Shown: positions 28,056 to 36,642 of the stretch, in pieces
Position numbering within the stretch: the first letter of the stretch is position 1
Layout of the letters: the number at the start of each line of letters is the position of its first letter
IMG/VR virus record: IMGVR_UViG_3300023184_000035
Span: 64,001-128,000 of that record
Source: a virus
Reading direction: 5' to 3' (one strand)
Length of the DNA stretch: 64,000 nt
Made by a program: the position numbers and the translations under genes
The notes under the pieces: model-generated
Told to the model about the DNA's origin: nothing
The model's input: only the letters and a program-made list of their open reading frames with translations
Database searches by the model: none

Positions 28056-28315
28056 CATATCATTACTACGGTGTCAAAGGTGACTTTGCATGGAAATTGG
28101 CAGTGGACAATAAATTGCGCTCAACCAATATCAACCACGTTCCCCGACTCATGCGTGAAAGCGATCAAGTGTGGTGTCAAGGTCCACGTGGCGGTGTGCA
28201 GTTGATCAAGGGTGCATACTGGAACTACTGGGCCACATACTTGCGCCGGGATTCAGAAAAAATGAAACAGTTTACTTGGGTAAAATTACGAGCAAGGGCA
28301 TTAAAACAATCATGA
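28052..28315 (+). CDS. QGPRGGV paralog B
   Basis: VWCQGPRGGVQLIK...MKQFTWVKLRA. Confidence 0.65.
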   Translation: MTYHYYGVKGDFAWKLAVDNKLRSTNINHVPRLMRESDQVWCQGPRGGVQLIKGAYWNYWATYLRRDSEKMKQFTWVKLRARALKQS

Positions 28316-28626
28316 ACTTTATAACATGGATTTTTAGACGAATCAAAAACAGTCAATCAGATTGGGTACGGGGTTATCACCGTTTGATCCTAGAGGAAAC
28401 ATTCCTGAGTATAGTGTTTACACTTGTGTGTGGAATTTTTTTGTATATTGTACCTGTGGGATTTCTGTTGATGCCCTACGTTGACCGTGCAGACACAGTC
28501 GTAACGATCATATGGGGTCTTGTAGCATCGGTTGTGATGTTCTATGTGTATCATTGGCTCATGGCCCTGCATGAAGTTTACCTGCTGGAAAGACAGAAAA
28601 CTTGGAACGCATTGTCCAGAAAGTAA
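28312..28626 (+). CDS. Two-TM membrane protein
   Basis: Two hydrophobic helices; ATGA coupling. Confidence 0.65.
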   Translation: MNFITWIFRRIKNSQSDWVRGYHRLILEETFLSIVFTLVCGIFLYIVPVGFLLMPYVDRADTVVTIIWGLVASVVMFYVYHWLMALHEVYLLERQKTWNALSRK

Positions 28627-28629
28627 AGT

Positions 28630-28893
28630 ATGATCTACTACAAAATTCGCAAGAAGTCAGACCCTACTCAGTTTCGCAAAAGTGATGGCTCTTACAATAG
28701 CTCAGGCAAAGTGTATGACACCCTGGGCAAACTCAGAGCCGTTATTACCCAGCACATGAACGCTCACAATGCGTATTTTCGCGATCAACTACAAGATTGG
28801 GAGTTTGTGGAATACGAAGTAGTCGAGCGTGAAGTCCGGCAACTGGTTGATGTTGTGGACAAGAAAAAGGTCTGGGAGATACTGAAGCGATGA
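28630..28893 (+). CDS. Hypothetical protein
   Basis: YYKIR...GKVY..LGKLR...WEFVEYEV. Confidence 0.7.
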   Translation: MIYYKIRKKSDPTQFRKSDGSYNSSGKVYDTLGKLRAVITQHMNAHNAYFRDQLQDWEFVEYEVVEREVRQLVDVVDKKKVWEILKR

Positions 28894-29177
28894 TCAAACA
28901 AGAATTTCCCAACATTTACAAAATGACATTTCCTGAACATGCCGCTATGGTGATGAGACTTAATCTTCCATACACTGCTTACATTGATGAGCACAAGCAT
29001 ATTGCGGCCGAAACATGGTGCCGACAAACATTTGGCAGCAGATGGAGCATTGCCAGCACCGCTGGTAAGGGTGGCGTTTGGGCATGCAGGCATGGCGGTG
29101 TGGGTCATCACTGGCAATATTTGTTTGGCTTTGCTGAAGAAAAATACAAGACATGGTTTGAATTGAGGTGGTCATGA
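28890..29177 (+). CDS. LRW-family small protein 1
   Basis: TWCRQTFG...FGFAEEKYKTWFELRWS. Confidence 0.7.
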   Translation: MIKQEFPNIYKMTFPEHAAMVMRLNLPYTAYIDEHKHIAAETWCRQTFGSRWSIASTAGKGGVWACRHGGVGHHWQYLFGFAEEKYKTWFELRWS

Positions 29178-29410
29178 ACAGCAAGCAAAGACGAAATCTT
29201 ACCCGTAAATTAAAATATCATATTACACTGGGATTTGATCCTGGAAATTATAATATTGAATTTGATGAAAATGTTGATAAAGCAATTGAATGGTGTATGA
29301 AGAAAACTACAGGGGCTTACCATATTGATAGTGACACCTACTTTGAAAAGGTTATTTTTAGATTTGAAAAAGAACGTGATGCGGTATTCTTTACGTTGAG
29401 GTGGGTATGA
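29174..29410 (+). CDS. LRW-family small protein 2
   Basis: EWCMKK...FRFEKERDAVFFTLRWV. Confidence 0.7.
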   Translation: MNSKQRRNLTRKLKYHITLGFDPGNYNIEFDENVDKAIEWCMKKTTGAYHIDSDTYFEKVIFRFEKERDAVFFTLRWV

Positions 29411-29664
29411 ATACGGAACAAAGACGCAAAGCAATCAAGAAAAATCATGCCACAATGTTTGGACATAGTGTATTGCTTGACAGTGTCAGAAGTGGCTGGG
29501 CAAGGACTTGGTGTGAACAACAGTTTGGAAAACGCTACGAGGCTGTGGACAACGAACAAGGGCGGTGGGCATGTTTCTGGGGCGGCAGAGACCATCCCAG
29601 TCATTACAGATTTCATTTTGCAGATGATCAAGATCGTATGTGGTTTGTGTTGAGGTGGTCGTGA
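29407..29664 (+). CDS. LRW-family small protein 3
   Basis: TWCEQQFG...FHFADDQDRMWFVLRWS. Confidence 0.7.
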   Translation: MNTEQRRKAIKKNHATMFGHSVLLDSVRSGWARTWCEQQFGKRYEAVDNEQGRWACFWGGRDHPSHYRFHFADDQDRMWFVLRWS

Positions 29665-29897
29665 TGTTGCTGGGACATGGCACAGTGTATGGCGCACAGT
29701 ATTATACTGTGGCTCCACCCATGGGCGGTACGCCCTGGCGTGATATGGAGGCCTGGTGCCAGGCGACATTTGGCGCCAGCACTGGCAGTATTTGGTCAGC
29801 CTGGCAGAAATCCAGCGAACGTTGGTATGTCAACAACAGCAAGTTTTGGTTCCGTGATGAAGCAGATAGAACCTGGTTCTTGTTGAGGTGGTCGTGA
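29661..29897 (+). CDS. LRW-family small protein 4
   Basis: AWCQATFG...FWFRDEADRTWFLLRWS. Confidence 0.7.
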   Translation: MMLLGHGTVYGAQYYTVAPPMGGTPWRDMEAWCQATFGASTGSIWSAWQKSSERWYVNNSKFWFRDEADRTWFLLRWS

Positions 29898-30052
29898 AGA
29901 ATTTATTGATAATGTATACTGTGTTGAGTTTGCAGGGCTGTGCTACAGCATTTGCAGTGGCCGATGTGGCTGGTGCCACTGTGGTGTATGCAGGAAAAAC
30001 TGTGGTCAACACAGTTGATGCCATCACCCCAGACATTGTAAACAAGAAATGA
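29894..30052 (+). CDS. Small lipoprotein (52 aa)
   Basis: GTG start; MKNLLIMYTVLSLQGC lipobox; not in the ORF track. Confidence 0.6.
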   Translation: MKNLLIMYTVLSLQGCATAFAVADVAGATVVYAGKTVVNTVDAITPDIVNKK

Positions 30053-30285
30053 AAAAGTACTACGGTGGCATGAACGGCACTCAGAATCCTGATTTCCCAT
30101 ACCAGGTGCGTGTGATCAATTTCACTACTGAAATGTTTGCGTGGTGTGAAGACTATGATGATCAAGGTGACCCGTTGTGTAGATTTCACGTGAACTGGGA
30201 TTTGTATGGTAACGATTATGATCGTGTGACATTTGAGCAGGCGGCGCCGGCCATAATGTTTGCACTGAGATTTGGACGAGCATGA
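30049..30285 (+). CDS. LRW-family small protein 5
   Basis: AWCED...VTFEQAAPAIMFALRF. Confidence 0.65.
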   Translation: MKKYYGGMNGTQNPDFPYQVRVINFTTEMFAWCEDYDDQGDPLCRFHVNWDLYGNDYDRVTFEQAAPAIMFALRFGRA

Positions 30286-30320
30286 GAAAGAAAAGTTTAT
30301 TAACTGCAAGAGGAGATTTT

Positions 30321-30740
30321 ATGGAAAACCCATTACCTTGGGAACAGCAAGAAGTATTTAGATTGTTAAAGGCACAGCCCGGCACCAGCTATCAAGAATC
30401 AGACGAAACAGGTCGACACATTTTTAGAGACTGGGTGCGCAACCTGTTGAATGTGAGCGAAATCACTGTGACGTTTGTCAAAGCAGATGGCAGTATTCGT
30501 GACATGCGATGCACCTTGGATGGTGATCGTATTCCGCCTCAACCCCCAAGAGCAGAAAAGCCGGCCAAAGAAGCACCTGTAGACGGCTTAAGGCAACATG
30601 GCTTCTTGGGAGAGGCTAAAGAAGTCACCAAACCCGAAGAATCGCACACCCAAAAAGTGTTTGACTTGGACGCAGGTGCCTGGCGCAGTTTCCGTTACGA
30701 TCGGCTCAAAAAGGTCACAGCCAGCATGAGTTTTGAATAA
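30321..30740 (+). CDS. WYL_2 / SH3-like beta-barrel protein
   Basis: VTFVKADGSIRDMRCTL...VFDLDAGAWRSFR; AGGAG RBS. Confidence 0.75.
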   Translation: MENPLPWEQQEVFRLLKAQPGTSYQESDETGRHIFRDWVRNLLNVSEITVTFVKADGSIRDMRCTLDGDRIPPQPPRAEKPAKEAPVDGLRQHGFLGEAKEVTKPEESHTQKVFDLDAGAWRSFRYDRLKKVTASMSFE

Positions 30741-30747
30741 GTAACGC

Positions 30748-30966
30748 ATGGCCAAAGAAGAAACAATCAGCATGGAGGGCAAGGTTCAAGAAATCCTGCC
30801 CAACACCATGTTTAGGGTATTGCTGGACGATGTCAACACAGAAGTAATTGCATATCTATCGGGAAAAATGCGCACACACAACATCAAGGTGTTGCTGGGC
30901 GATAGAGTTGCTATGGAGTTCAGTCCCTATGATTTGACTCGTGGCCGTATCACACGCCGTAGATGA
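30748..30966 (+). CDS. infA: Translation initiation factor IF-1
   Basis: [24 protein letters not shown]...SGKMR...[15 protein letters not shown]. Confidence 0.97.
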   Translation: MAKEETISMEGKVQEILPNTMFRVLLDDVNTEVIAYLSGKMRTHNIKVLLGDRVAMEFSPYDLTRGRITRRR

Positions 30967-31688
30967 TAACAAGCACCACAAATCAAGTTCCGGAGTTGCA
31001 AGGGTTAATTCTCATTGACTGTTGGGAACCAAGCCAGAAAACCCGCCTGGTCATAAATCAATTCTATCAAAACATAATTGACAGCACTGTACAACACAAT
31101 TTTGTTTGTGTCATCAACAGCGGCAATAATATTTTGTTGGATTTAACAGATCACAGTTTTGCAAATTTGTTTTACCATCACTGCAACAACCGGTTGACTT
31201 GGCTGCCGGAACATTTACAACAACGACACAATCGTGTGATTGCCAACAGTTGTAGGTGGGCTGGTCAAAGTCACATCAACAAAGAATCACAAAGCAATTC
31301 TAGCTCTAGACTTTTACACAATCATTTCTTAACCCAGGAACGCGGAATCTACATCATGGATCCGTTGGATCTTGTGTTTCATAACCAATTGGTATTTTCA
31401 GGCCAGGTCAAAAATTGGTTAATTGTTGGCCGTAGTTGGCAAATGTGTGTTCACAGCAATGGCCTAGGGCTCAACAATCTAGCAGAATTATCCAGCAGGT
31501 TTGACTTGAATTTTTATGCCACAGATTACAGTTTTTTAAAAGAAGATAATGAAACCATGGCCACGCATGCGGATTTTGAATCTGATGAACTGGAGTGGGC
31601 AGTTGTGAGCAACTTTGGGTATCAATTGGTACCGTCAACCAAACGCAACCGATACTCTGAAATACTTGCTAAATATCTTTATGCGTGA
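30963..31688 (+). CDS. Hypothetical protein, possible cysteine-hydrolase (isochorismatase) fold
   Basis: LILIDCW near the N-terminus and [10 protein letters not shown] near the C-terminus. Confidence 0.45.
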   Translation: MITSTTNQVPELQGLILIDCWEPSQKTRLVINQFYQNIIDSTVQHNFVCVINSGNNILLDLTDHSFANLFYHHCNNRLTWLPEHLQQRHNRVIANSCRWAGQSHINKESQSNSSSRLLHNHFLTQERGIYIMDPLDLVFHNQLVFSGQVKNWLIVGRSWQMCVHSNGLGLNNLAELSSRFDLNFYATDYSFLKEDNETMATHADFESDELEWAVVSNFGYQLVPSTKRNRYSEILAKYLYA

Positions 31689-32223
31689 ACACATCAACCT
31701 GGTAGAAGCCAGCACCAGACCGGCAAAATTAGAAACCACTCCCTTGCCCTACGGACCCAAGGACCTGGCACCTGTTATGAGTGCCGAAACCATTGATTAT
31801 CATTTTGAACATTTGGCCAAAGGGTATGCCAAGCGTTACAATGCCGGAGAAGGCAATGCAGATTTCAATCGCGCTGGTAGCTTTTTACACAACAAGTTTT
31901 TCCCGCAACTGCAACCGGTCAAGGGCGCCAACAGACCTCGTGGTGCTGCACTTGCGTTGATTGAAGAGCACTTTAAAACCTACGAAGATTTCAAAGAAGC
32001 AGTTAAAGCGACTGCCATGAAGATACAAGGCTCGGGATGGGTGTACTTGAGCACTGGTGGTGAAATCAAAACCATTGCCAACCATGCTGTGCGCACAGAT
32101 ATATGCGTGTTGATTGACTGGTGGGAACATGCTTGGGCCCTGGACTATCAGTCAGATAAAGAAAAATATCTAGATAACATCTGGAAAATAATAGATTGGG
32201 ACGTCTGTAACCAACGTCTGTAA
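31681..32223 (+). CDS. sodB: Fe/Mn superoxide dismutase
   Basis: LPY..DLAP.MSAETIDYH, LHNKFF, QGSGW, DWWEHAW..DY; metal specificity (Fe vs Mn) not determined. Confidence 0.9.
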   Translation: MREHINLVEASTRPAKLETTPLPYGPKDLAPVMSAETIDYHFEHLAKGYAKRYNAGEGNADFNRAGSFLHNKFFPQLQPVKGANRPRGAALALIEEHFKTYEDFKEAVKATAMKIQGSGWVYLSTGGEIKTIANHAVRTDICVLIDWWEHAWALDYQSDKEKYLDNIWKIIDWDVCNQRL

Positions 32224-32232
32224 GGAGTCAGC

Positions 32233-32475
32233 ATGTGGAGATATCTGTGGGTATTTGTACCCGTTGTGGCACATGCAGACATGAGCGAATGTATAAACAT
32301 TGCTGATCAGAACAAAAAAAATTACTGCATGGCTTCCTACAGCGGGAGTGCCGCTTTTTGCGATAAGATCAAAAGTTACGAATCAAGAACACAATGCATG
32401 CGAATGGTAATTGCCCGACAACGACAATCCGCATATCAAGTACCTAAACCACCCAAAAAGGAAGAAACAAAATGA
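32233..32475 (+). CDS. Secreted Cys-rich small protein
   Basis: Signal peptide (AHA), repeated C..I......C. Confidence 0.65.
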   Translation: MWRYLWVFVPVVAHADMSECINIADQNKKNYCMASYSGSAAFCDKIKSYESRTQCMRMVIARQRQSAYQVPKPPKKEETK

Positions 32476-32792
32476 ACCTACAACCAGCTGCTATTAGTAA
32501 ACTGCAAGAACTTGTTGCCGAAGAAGGCAATCCCAACTTGATGCTACGTGTGTTTGTGCAAGGTGGAGGATGCTCAGGATTCAGTTATGGATTTACATTT
32601 GATGAAGCACAAAACGAAGATGATTTTGACTTTGTTTACGACTCTGTGAAAGTTGTTGTGGACGCAATGAGCATGCAGTATCTGCAGGATTCGGCCATTG
32701 ATTACAAGGAAGACGCCATGGGTGCCAGCTTTGTGATCAACAATCCACAAGCGGTGTCAACGTGTGGGTGCGGCAGCAGTTTTAGTGTTTGA
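32472..32792 (+). CDS. erpA: A-type Fe-S carrier, ErpA/IscA (HesB family)
   Basis: [31 protein letters not shown]. Confidence 0.93.
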   Translation: MNLQPAAISKLQELVAEEGNPNLMLRVFVQGGGCSGFSYGFTFDEAQNEDDFDFVYDSVKVVVDAMSMQYLQDSAIDYKEDAMGASFVINNPQAVSTCGCGSSFSV

Positions 32793-32987
32793 ATTTAACC
32801 AGTTATCGTAAGTCTCTGCCAGCGGATCCACTAGTGTTTGTTTTCCTAGAGCATGCACAATCAATGGCAGGCCGGGAACAATTTTTTCTATTAAACCAGC
32901 ATGGTCAGCCACCAAAAGAAATAACTTGTGTGTCTCTGATGGACTCAGTTGTCCAATTGCTTCAGTAATTGTTTGTATATCGTACAT
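32757..32987 (-). CDS. Small hypothetical protein following the KIICT-domain gene
   Basis: ATG directly after the stop of the 638-aa gene. Confidence 0.5.
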   Translation of the reverse strand: MYDIQTITEAIGQLSPSETHKLFLLVADHAGLIEKIVPGLPLIVHALGKQTLVDPLAETYDNWLNSNTKTAAAPTR

Positions 32988-32988
32988 T

Positions 32989-34905
32989 TTATTTCCGTTC
33001 AATTAATCTACCCAGTTCAGCAACAAGTTTAAACATCACAAACACTGGGATCAACATCAAGCCCTTGCCAAATCCTGCTGGCTTTTTGCTGGGGCCAAAC
33101 CATCGTTGCCACACACCCACTGCTTTACATATGGGAATACCAGCTGCCATGATCATGCGTCCGGTCAAACTGCCTTGTTCTTTTCTGCCAACTCTATAGG
33201 CCATTTCTTCTGCCCAAGGTGTAGCAATGTCTTGTGCCCAAGAGGTTGACCATTTGGCAGCAGCAACACTGAATTCTTCATCAGTCATCCAAGGCATCAT
33301 TTTGGGTCCACCACCACTCATCCAGTCTACAACAATCTCGGCCCATGCCCGATATCCATTGTAGATGTCAGGACGCACTTGTACCAGTTCAGCACCAAAT
33401 GCTTGATCAGCTTCGTATATATCTTGTGACATGAGGCCAAGTTCAAATAGTTTAGTACAGATGATCTTGCCACCTCCACCGCCACCTCCACCGCCACCAC
33501 CAATTCCAGCTCTTGGTTCCCAACCAAAATAACCAGCCACAGTGCTGAGTGTTGGTGCATAGTCATCACTGGCACCAATGATGTGAGTCCATGTCCCGTT
33601 GTATTTCACAAACACATTGCGAGATTCTTTCCAAACTCCGTTGACGTTTATATAGGCCTTTTGCACCGGGGTCCATGCATCGTCAAGTTTGACTTGATAA
33701 CTGGTGGGACTGAACTCTAGCACAGCATATCCGCCATTGCCAGAAATGGTGTAAACGCCACCTAATCCGCCTCGCCCATCATACCGAGGTAACCCAGCAC
33801 CGCCAGGTTTGAGCCCATTGGGCAGGTATGTGACGTCGCCTGCTGATCCGCCATACATGCCAGAATATCCGCCAGTATCCCCACCAGGGACAGTGCCACC
33901 ATTCCCAGCATTAACACCACCACCGCCACCACCGCCACCACCGCCATCACCTGTCCTGTTGGTACCATTTTGTCCGGCTGTGGTACCTGATTCTTGTCCT
34001 CGGTCACCAGGCGCATCTTGGCCAGTTGAGGCACCAACATTGCCACCGCCACCGCCACCGCCACCACCGCCGGCCACGGCCAACAACGTGAAATTTTTAA
34101 ACAGCAATGTGGCGCCGCCGCCGGCGCCACCAGCACCTGAACTGCCTGCTGGGCCAGCTGTGCCGCCGTAGCCACCGGAATATGATATATCTAGCACATC
34201 ACTATCAGTAATAGTCACTGCAATAGATGCTGGGCCACCAGTGTTGACTCCGCGTATTCTCACAGAATGATTGCCGGCTGGTATCAACACTTGACTGTTG
34301 TACACAGTGGGCCAATTGGTACCACTCAGTACTTCATTGCCATCCACATACACATTGAAGTAGTTGTCACATGTGCCGGTAAAGGTGTAAACTTTTGTGA
34401 AAGGGAAATTCACAATGGCACTGTGATCAAACACTGGTACATTGTACCAGTATGTGTAGTTACCACCACCCCAATTATAGCTGTATTGCCTTTTTTCTTC
34501 CCATACACCGTATTTGTTTAAAAAAGTAGGGTACACATTGAGTGAATACTTGTAGATTGATTGGTAGGGACCAAGAGATCCCAATAATTCAAGTGTGGTG
34601 AAAATTGTGCCGGTTGTGGTATAGCCAGGACCTGGAATACCTGGACGACTGCCTTGTCCAGCACCAGTGCCACCCGATTGCCCGCCGCCGCCCACGGCAA
34701 CATCTATTATGTCACCAGGTTCTACTGTGAATGTTTTTACCGAACACATGGCCCCGCAGCCATTTCCACCTCGATGACTGTCATTGCCGCCGCCGCCGCC
34801 ACCTCCACCCCAAAGATATGCAGTCACATTGGCTTGGAAGCCTTCTGGCATGACCAGACGTTGCAGGGTATCTGTAAACCCAGTTGCTCTAATTATTTCT
34901 GCCAT
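32989..34905 (-). CDS. Gly-rich tail-associated protein with a PA14-like insert and a C-terminal KIICT domain
   Basis: WGGGGGGG repeats; CDNYFNVYVDG..GNHSVRI; poly-G then KIICTKL. Confidence 0.7.
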   Translation of the reverse strand: MAEIIRATGFTDTLQRLVMPEGFQANVTAYLWGGGGGGGGNDSHRGGNGCGAMCSVKTFTVEPGDIIDVAVGGGGQSGGTGAGQGSRPGIPGPGYTTTGTIFTTLELLGSLGPYQSIYKYSLNVYPTFLNKYGVWEEKRQYSYNWGGGNYTYWYNVPVFDHSAIVNFPFTKVYTFTGTCDNYFNVYVDGNEVLSGTNWPTVYNSQVLIPAGNHSVRIRGVNTGGPASIAVTITDSDVLDISYSGGYGGTAGPAGSSGAGGAGGGATLLFKNFTLLAVAGGGGGGGGGGNVGASTGQDAPGDRGQESGTTAGQNGTNRTGDGGGGGGGGGGVNAGNGGTVPGGDTGGYSGMYGGSAGDVTYLPNGLKPGGAGLPRYDGRGGLGGVYTISGNGGYAVLEFSPTSYQVKLDDAWTPVQKAYINVNGVWKESRNVFVKYNGTWTHIIGASDDYAPTLSTVAGYFGWEPRAGIGGGGGGGGGGGKIICTKLFELGLMSQDIYEADQAFGAELVQVRPDIYNGYRAWAEIVVDWMSGGGPKMMPWMTDEEFSVAAAKWSTSWAQDIATPWAEEMAYRVGRKEQGSLTGRMIMAAGIPICKAVGVWQRWFGPSKKPAGFGKGLMLIPVFVMFKLVAELGRLIERK

Positions 34906-36570
34906 TTAAATTTGATACCAAATATCACCGTTATTGCCTCCTGAAGGAGCAAGGGTTGAAATATATCTTGTGCCATATCCATTGGAGTTGGCAGCAATTG
35001 ATATAGTTCTGTCGGCAGCTAATGTGCCTCCACCTGACAATCCTGTGCCAGCTGTAATTGACGTGCTGGTCCAGGCCGCTTGTAAATTTGATCTTGCTTC
35101 GGCAGCAGTAGCACCACCTGTACCACCAGCATTGACCAATATTGGAGTAATGCCTGTGATTGAGCCACCAGTTATCACAACTGAATTGGCATCTTGACTA
35201 CTCATGGTTCCCAGGTTGTCAAACACAGCAGTGATACCAAGATTGTCTCTAGCACCCAATGGAGTTGATGCACCGGTGCCGCCAGCAGTGACCGGGATTG
35301 GTTGATCCAATGAAACAACCTGTCCGCCAGTTATGGTTATTGCCCCTGATAAATTAACGCTGGAACTGCTTTGTGTGGCGATTGATCCAAGTCCAAGATT
35401 GTTTCGCGCCAATGCTGCATTGTTTGCACCGGTGCCACCACTGGCAACGGGTATGGGGTTGAACAGGCCATTGATGTTTCCGCCTGAAATTTCTACTGAG
35501 CTGGCATTTTGTACTGCCATTGTGCCCACAACGGTGACAGCGCCTGTTTGTAGACCAAGACTTGCTCTAGCATCAACTTGTGTGTTGCCGCCTGTTCCGC
35601 CACTGGCTATGGGAATAGGCGCACTTAATCCTTGAACTGTTCCACCAGTGATGTTTACTGCACCTTGATCTTGCTGGGCCATGCTGCCCAGCAAGCCGCC
35701 GGGATAACTCAAGGCATTGACCACAAATCCAGTTGTGGCCAGTTGTGTGTTGGCAGTGCCCAATCCAGGGGTTGGTGCAGTAGGAGCACCAGTAAACTGT
35801 GGACCAACTGTGACAAATTCTGTAGTGGCCAGTTGTGTGTTGGCAGTGCCCAAAGGTGCTGTGGGTGCAGTGGGCACACCAGAAAGTTGCACACTGTTGG
35901 TGACAAATGCTGTGGTGGCAATCTGTGTGGTAGCATCGCCTGACAGTGCTGTGGGTGCTGTGGGAGTTCCTAAAAATGCCGGGCTGGTTTTTTCAGTTTG
36001 TACAAATGCTGTGGTGGCAACTCGCTGAGTGTTATCATTGTAATTTGCTGTGGGTGCAATCACATTGCCTGTGAACACTGGGTTGATCTTGTTGTTCTGC
36101 ACAAAAGCAGTGGTGGCAATCCACGTGCTGTTGGTGGCAGTGGGTGCAGTGGGTGCAGTGGGAACCCCGCTCAGTTGCGGGCTATTTGTAACAAAACCAG
36201 TAGTGGCAATTTGTGTATTTGCTGTGCCCGAAGGTGCTGTGGGTGCTGTGGGCACGCCAGTGAATGTTGGGGATATTTTGGCAGCTTCTACGTAGTTTTG
36301 CGAGGCCAATACAGTCCAGGTATTGGCAGTATTGTACGCACTGATTAAGTCAGTGTTGGCATTATACCAAAGTTGCCCCAAAATAGGTTGTACTGGTGCT
36401 GTTCCATTGGCAAAATTTTCCAGCAAATACACGTAGTTTTCGTTCTGATATTCGCCGTAGTTGGTGACAGCTCGTCCCACTAGGGATAGATCAGTAGCTG
36501 TGGTGTTTACTGTACCGTCTCCCACAACGGCAACAATTTGTCCACGACTGTTATTGATGATGTATGACAT
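34906..36570 (-). CDS. Tail fibre protein
   Basis: Repeats FTGxPTAPTAxxGTANTQIATTxFV and IPIASGGTG...ARxNLG. Confidence 0.85.
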   Translation of the reverse strand: MSYIINNSRGQIVAVVGDGTVNTTATDLSLVGRAVTNYGEYQNENYVYLLENFANGTAPVQPILGQLWYNANTDLISAYNTANTWTVLASQNYVEAAKISPTFTGVPTAPTAPSGTANTQIATTGFVTNSPQLSGVPTAPTAPTATNSTWIATTAFVQNNKINPVFTGNVIAPTANYNDNTQRVATTAFVQTEKTSPAFLGTPTAPTALSGDATTQIATTAFVTNSVQLSGVPTAPTAPLGTANTQLATTEFVTVGPQFTGAPTAPTPGLGTANTQLATTGFVVNALSYPGGLLGSMAQQDQGAVNITGGTVQGLSAPIPIASGGTGGNTQVDARASLGLQTGAVTVVGTMAVQNASSVEISGGNINGLFNPIPVASGGTGANNAALARNNLGLGSIATQSSSSVNLSGAITITGGQVVSLDQPIPVTAGGTGASTPLGARDNLGITAVFDNLGTMSSQDANSVVITGGSITGITPILVNAGGTGGATAAEARSNLQAAWTSTSITAGTGLSGGGTLAADRTISIAANSNGYGTRYISTLAPSGGNNGDIWYQI

Positions 36571-36642
36571 TGATCACTCCAATTCCCAGTATTTAGCGGT
36601 GCGCAGAGTTTTGGTAAATACCATACTGGGACGAATCAAAAC

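Noticed and set aside
29163-29897. CRISPR array or integron attC sites
   Set aside because: Repeats are 15 bp, coding and about 230-255 bp apart, with no palindromic attC structure and no cas or integrase genes
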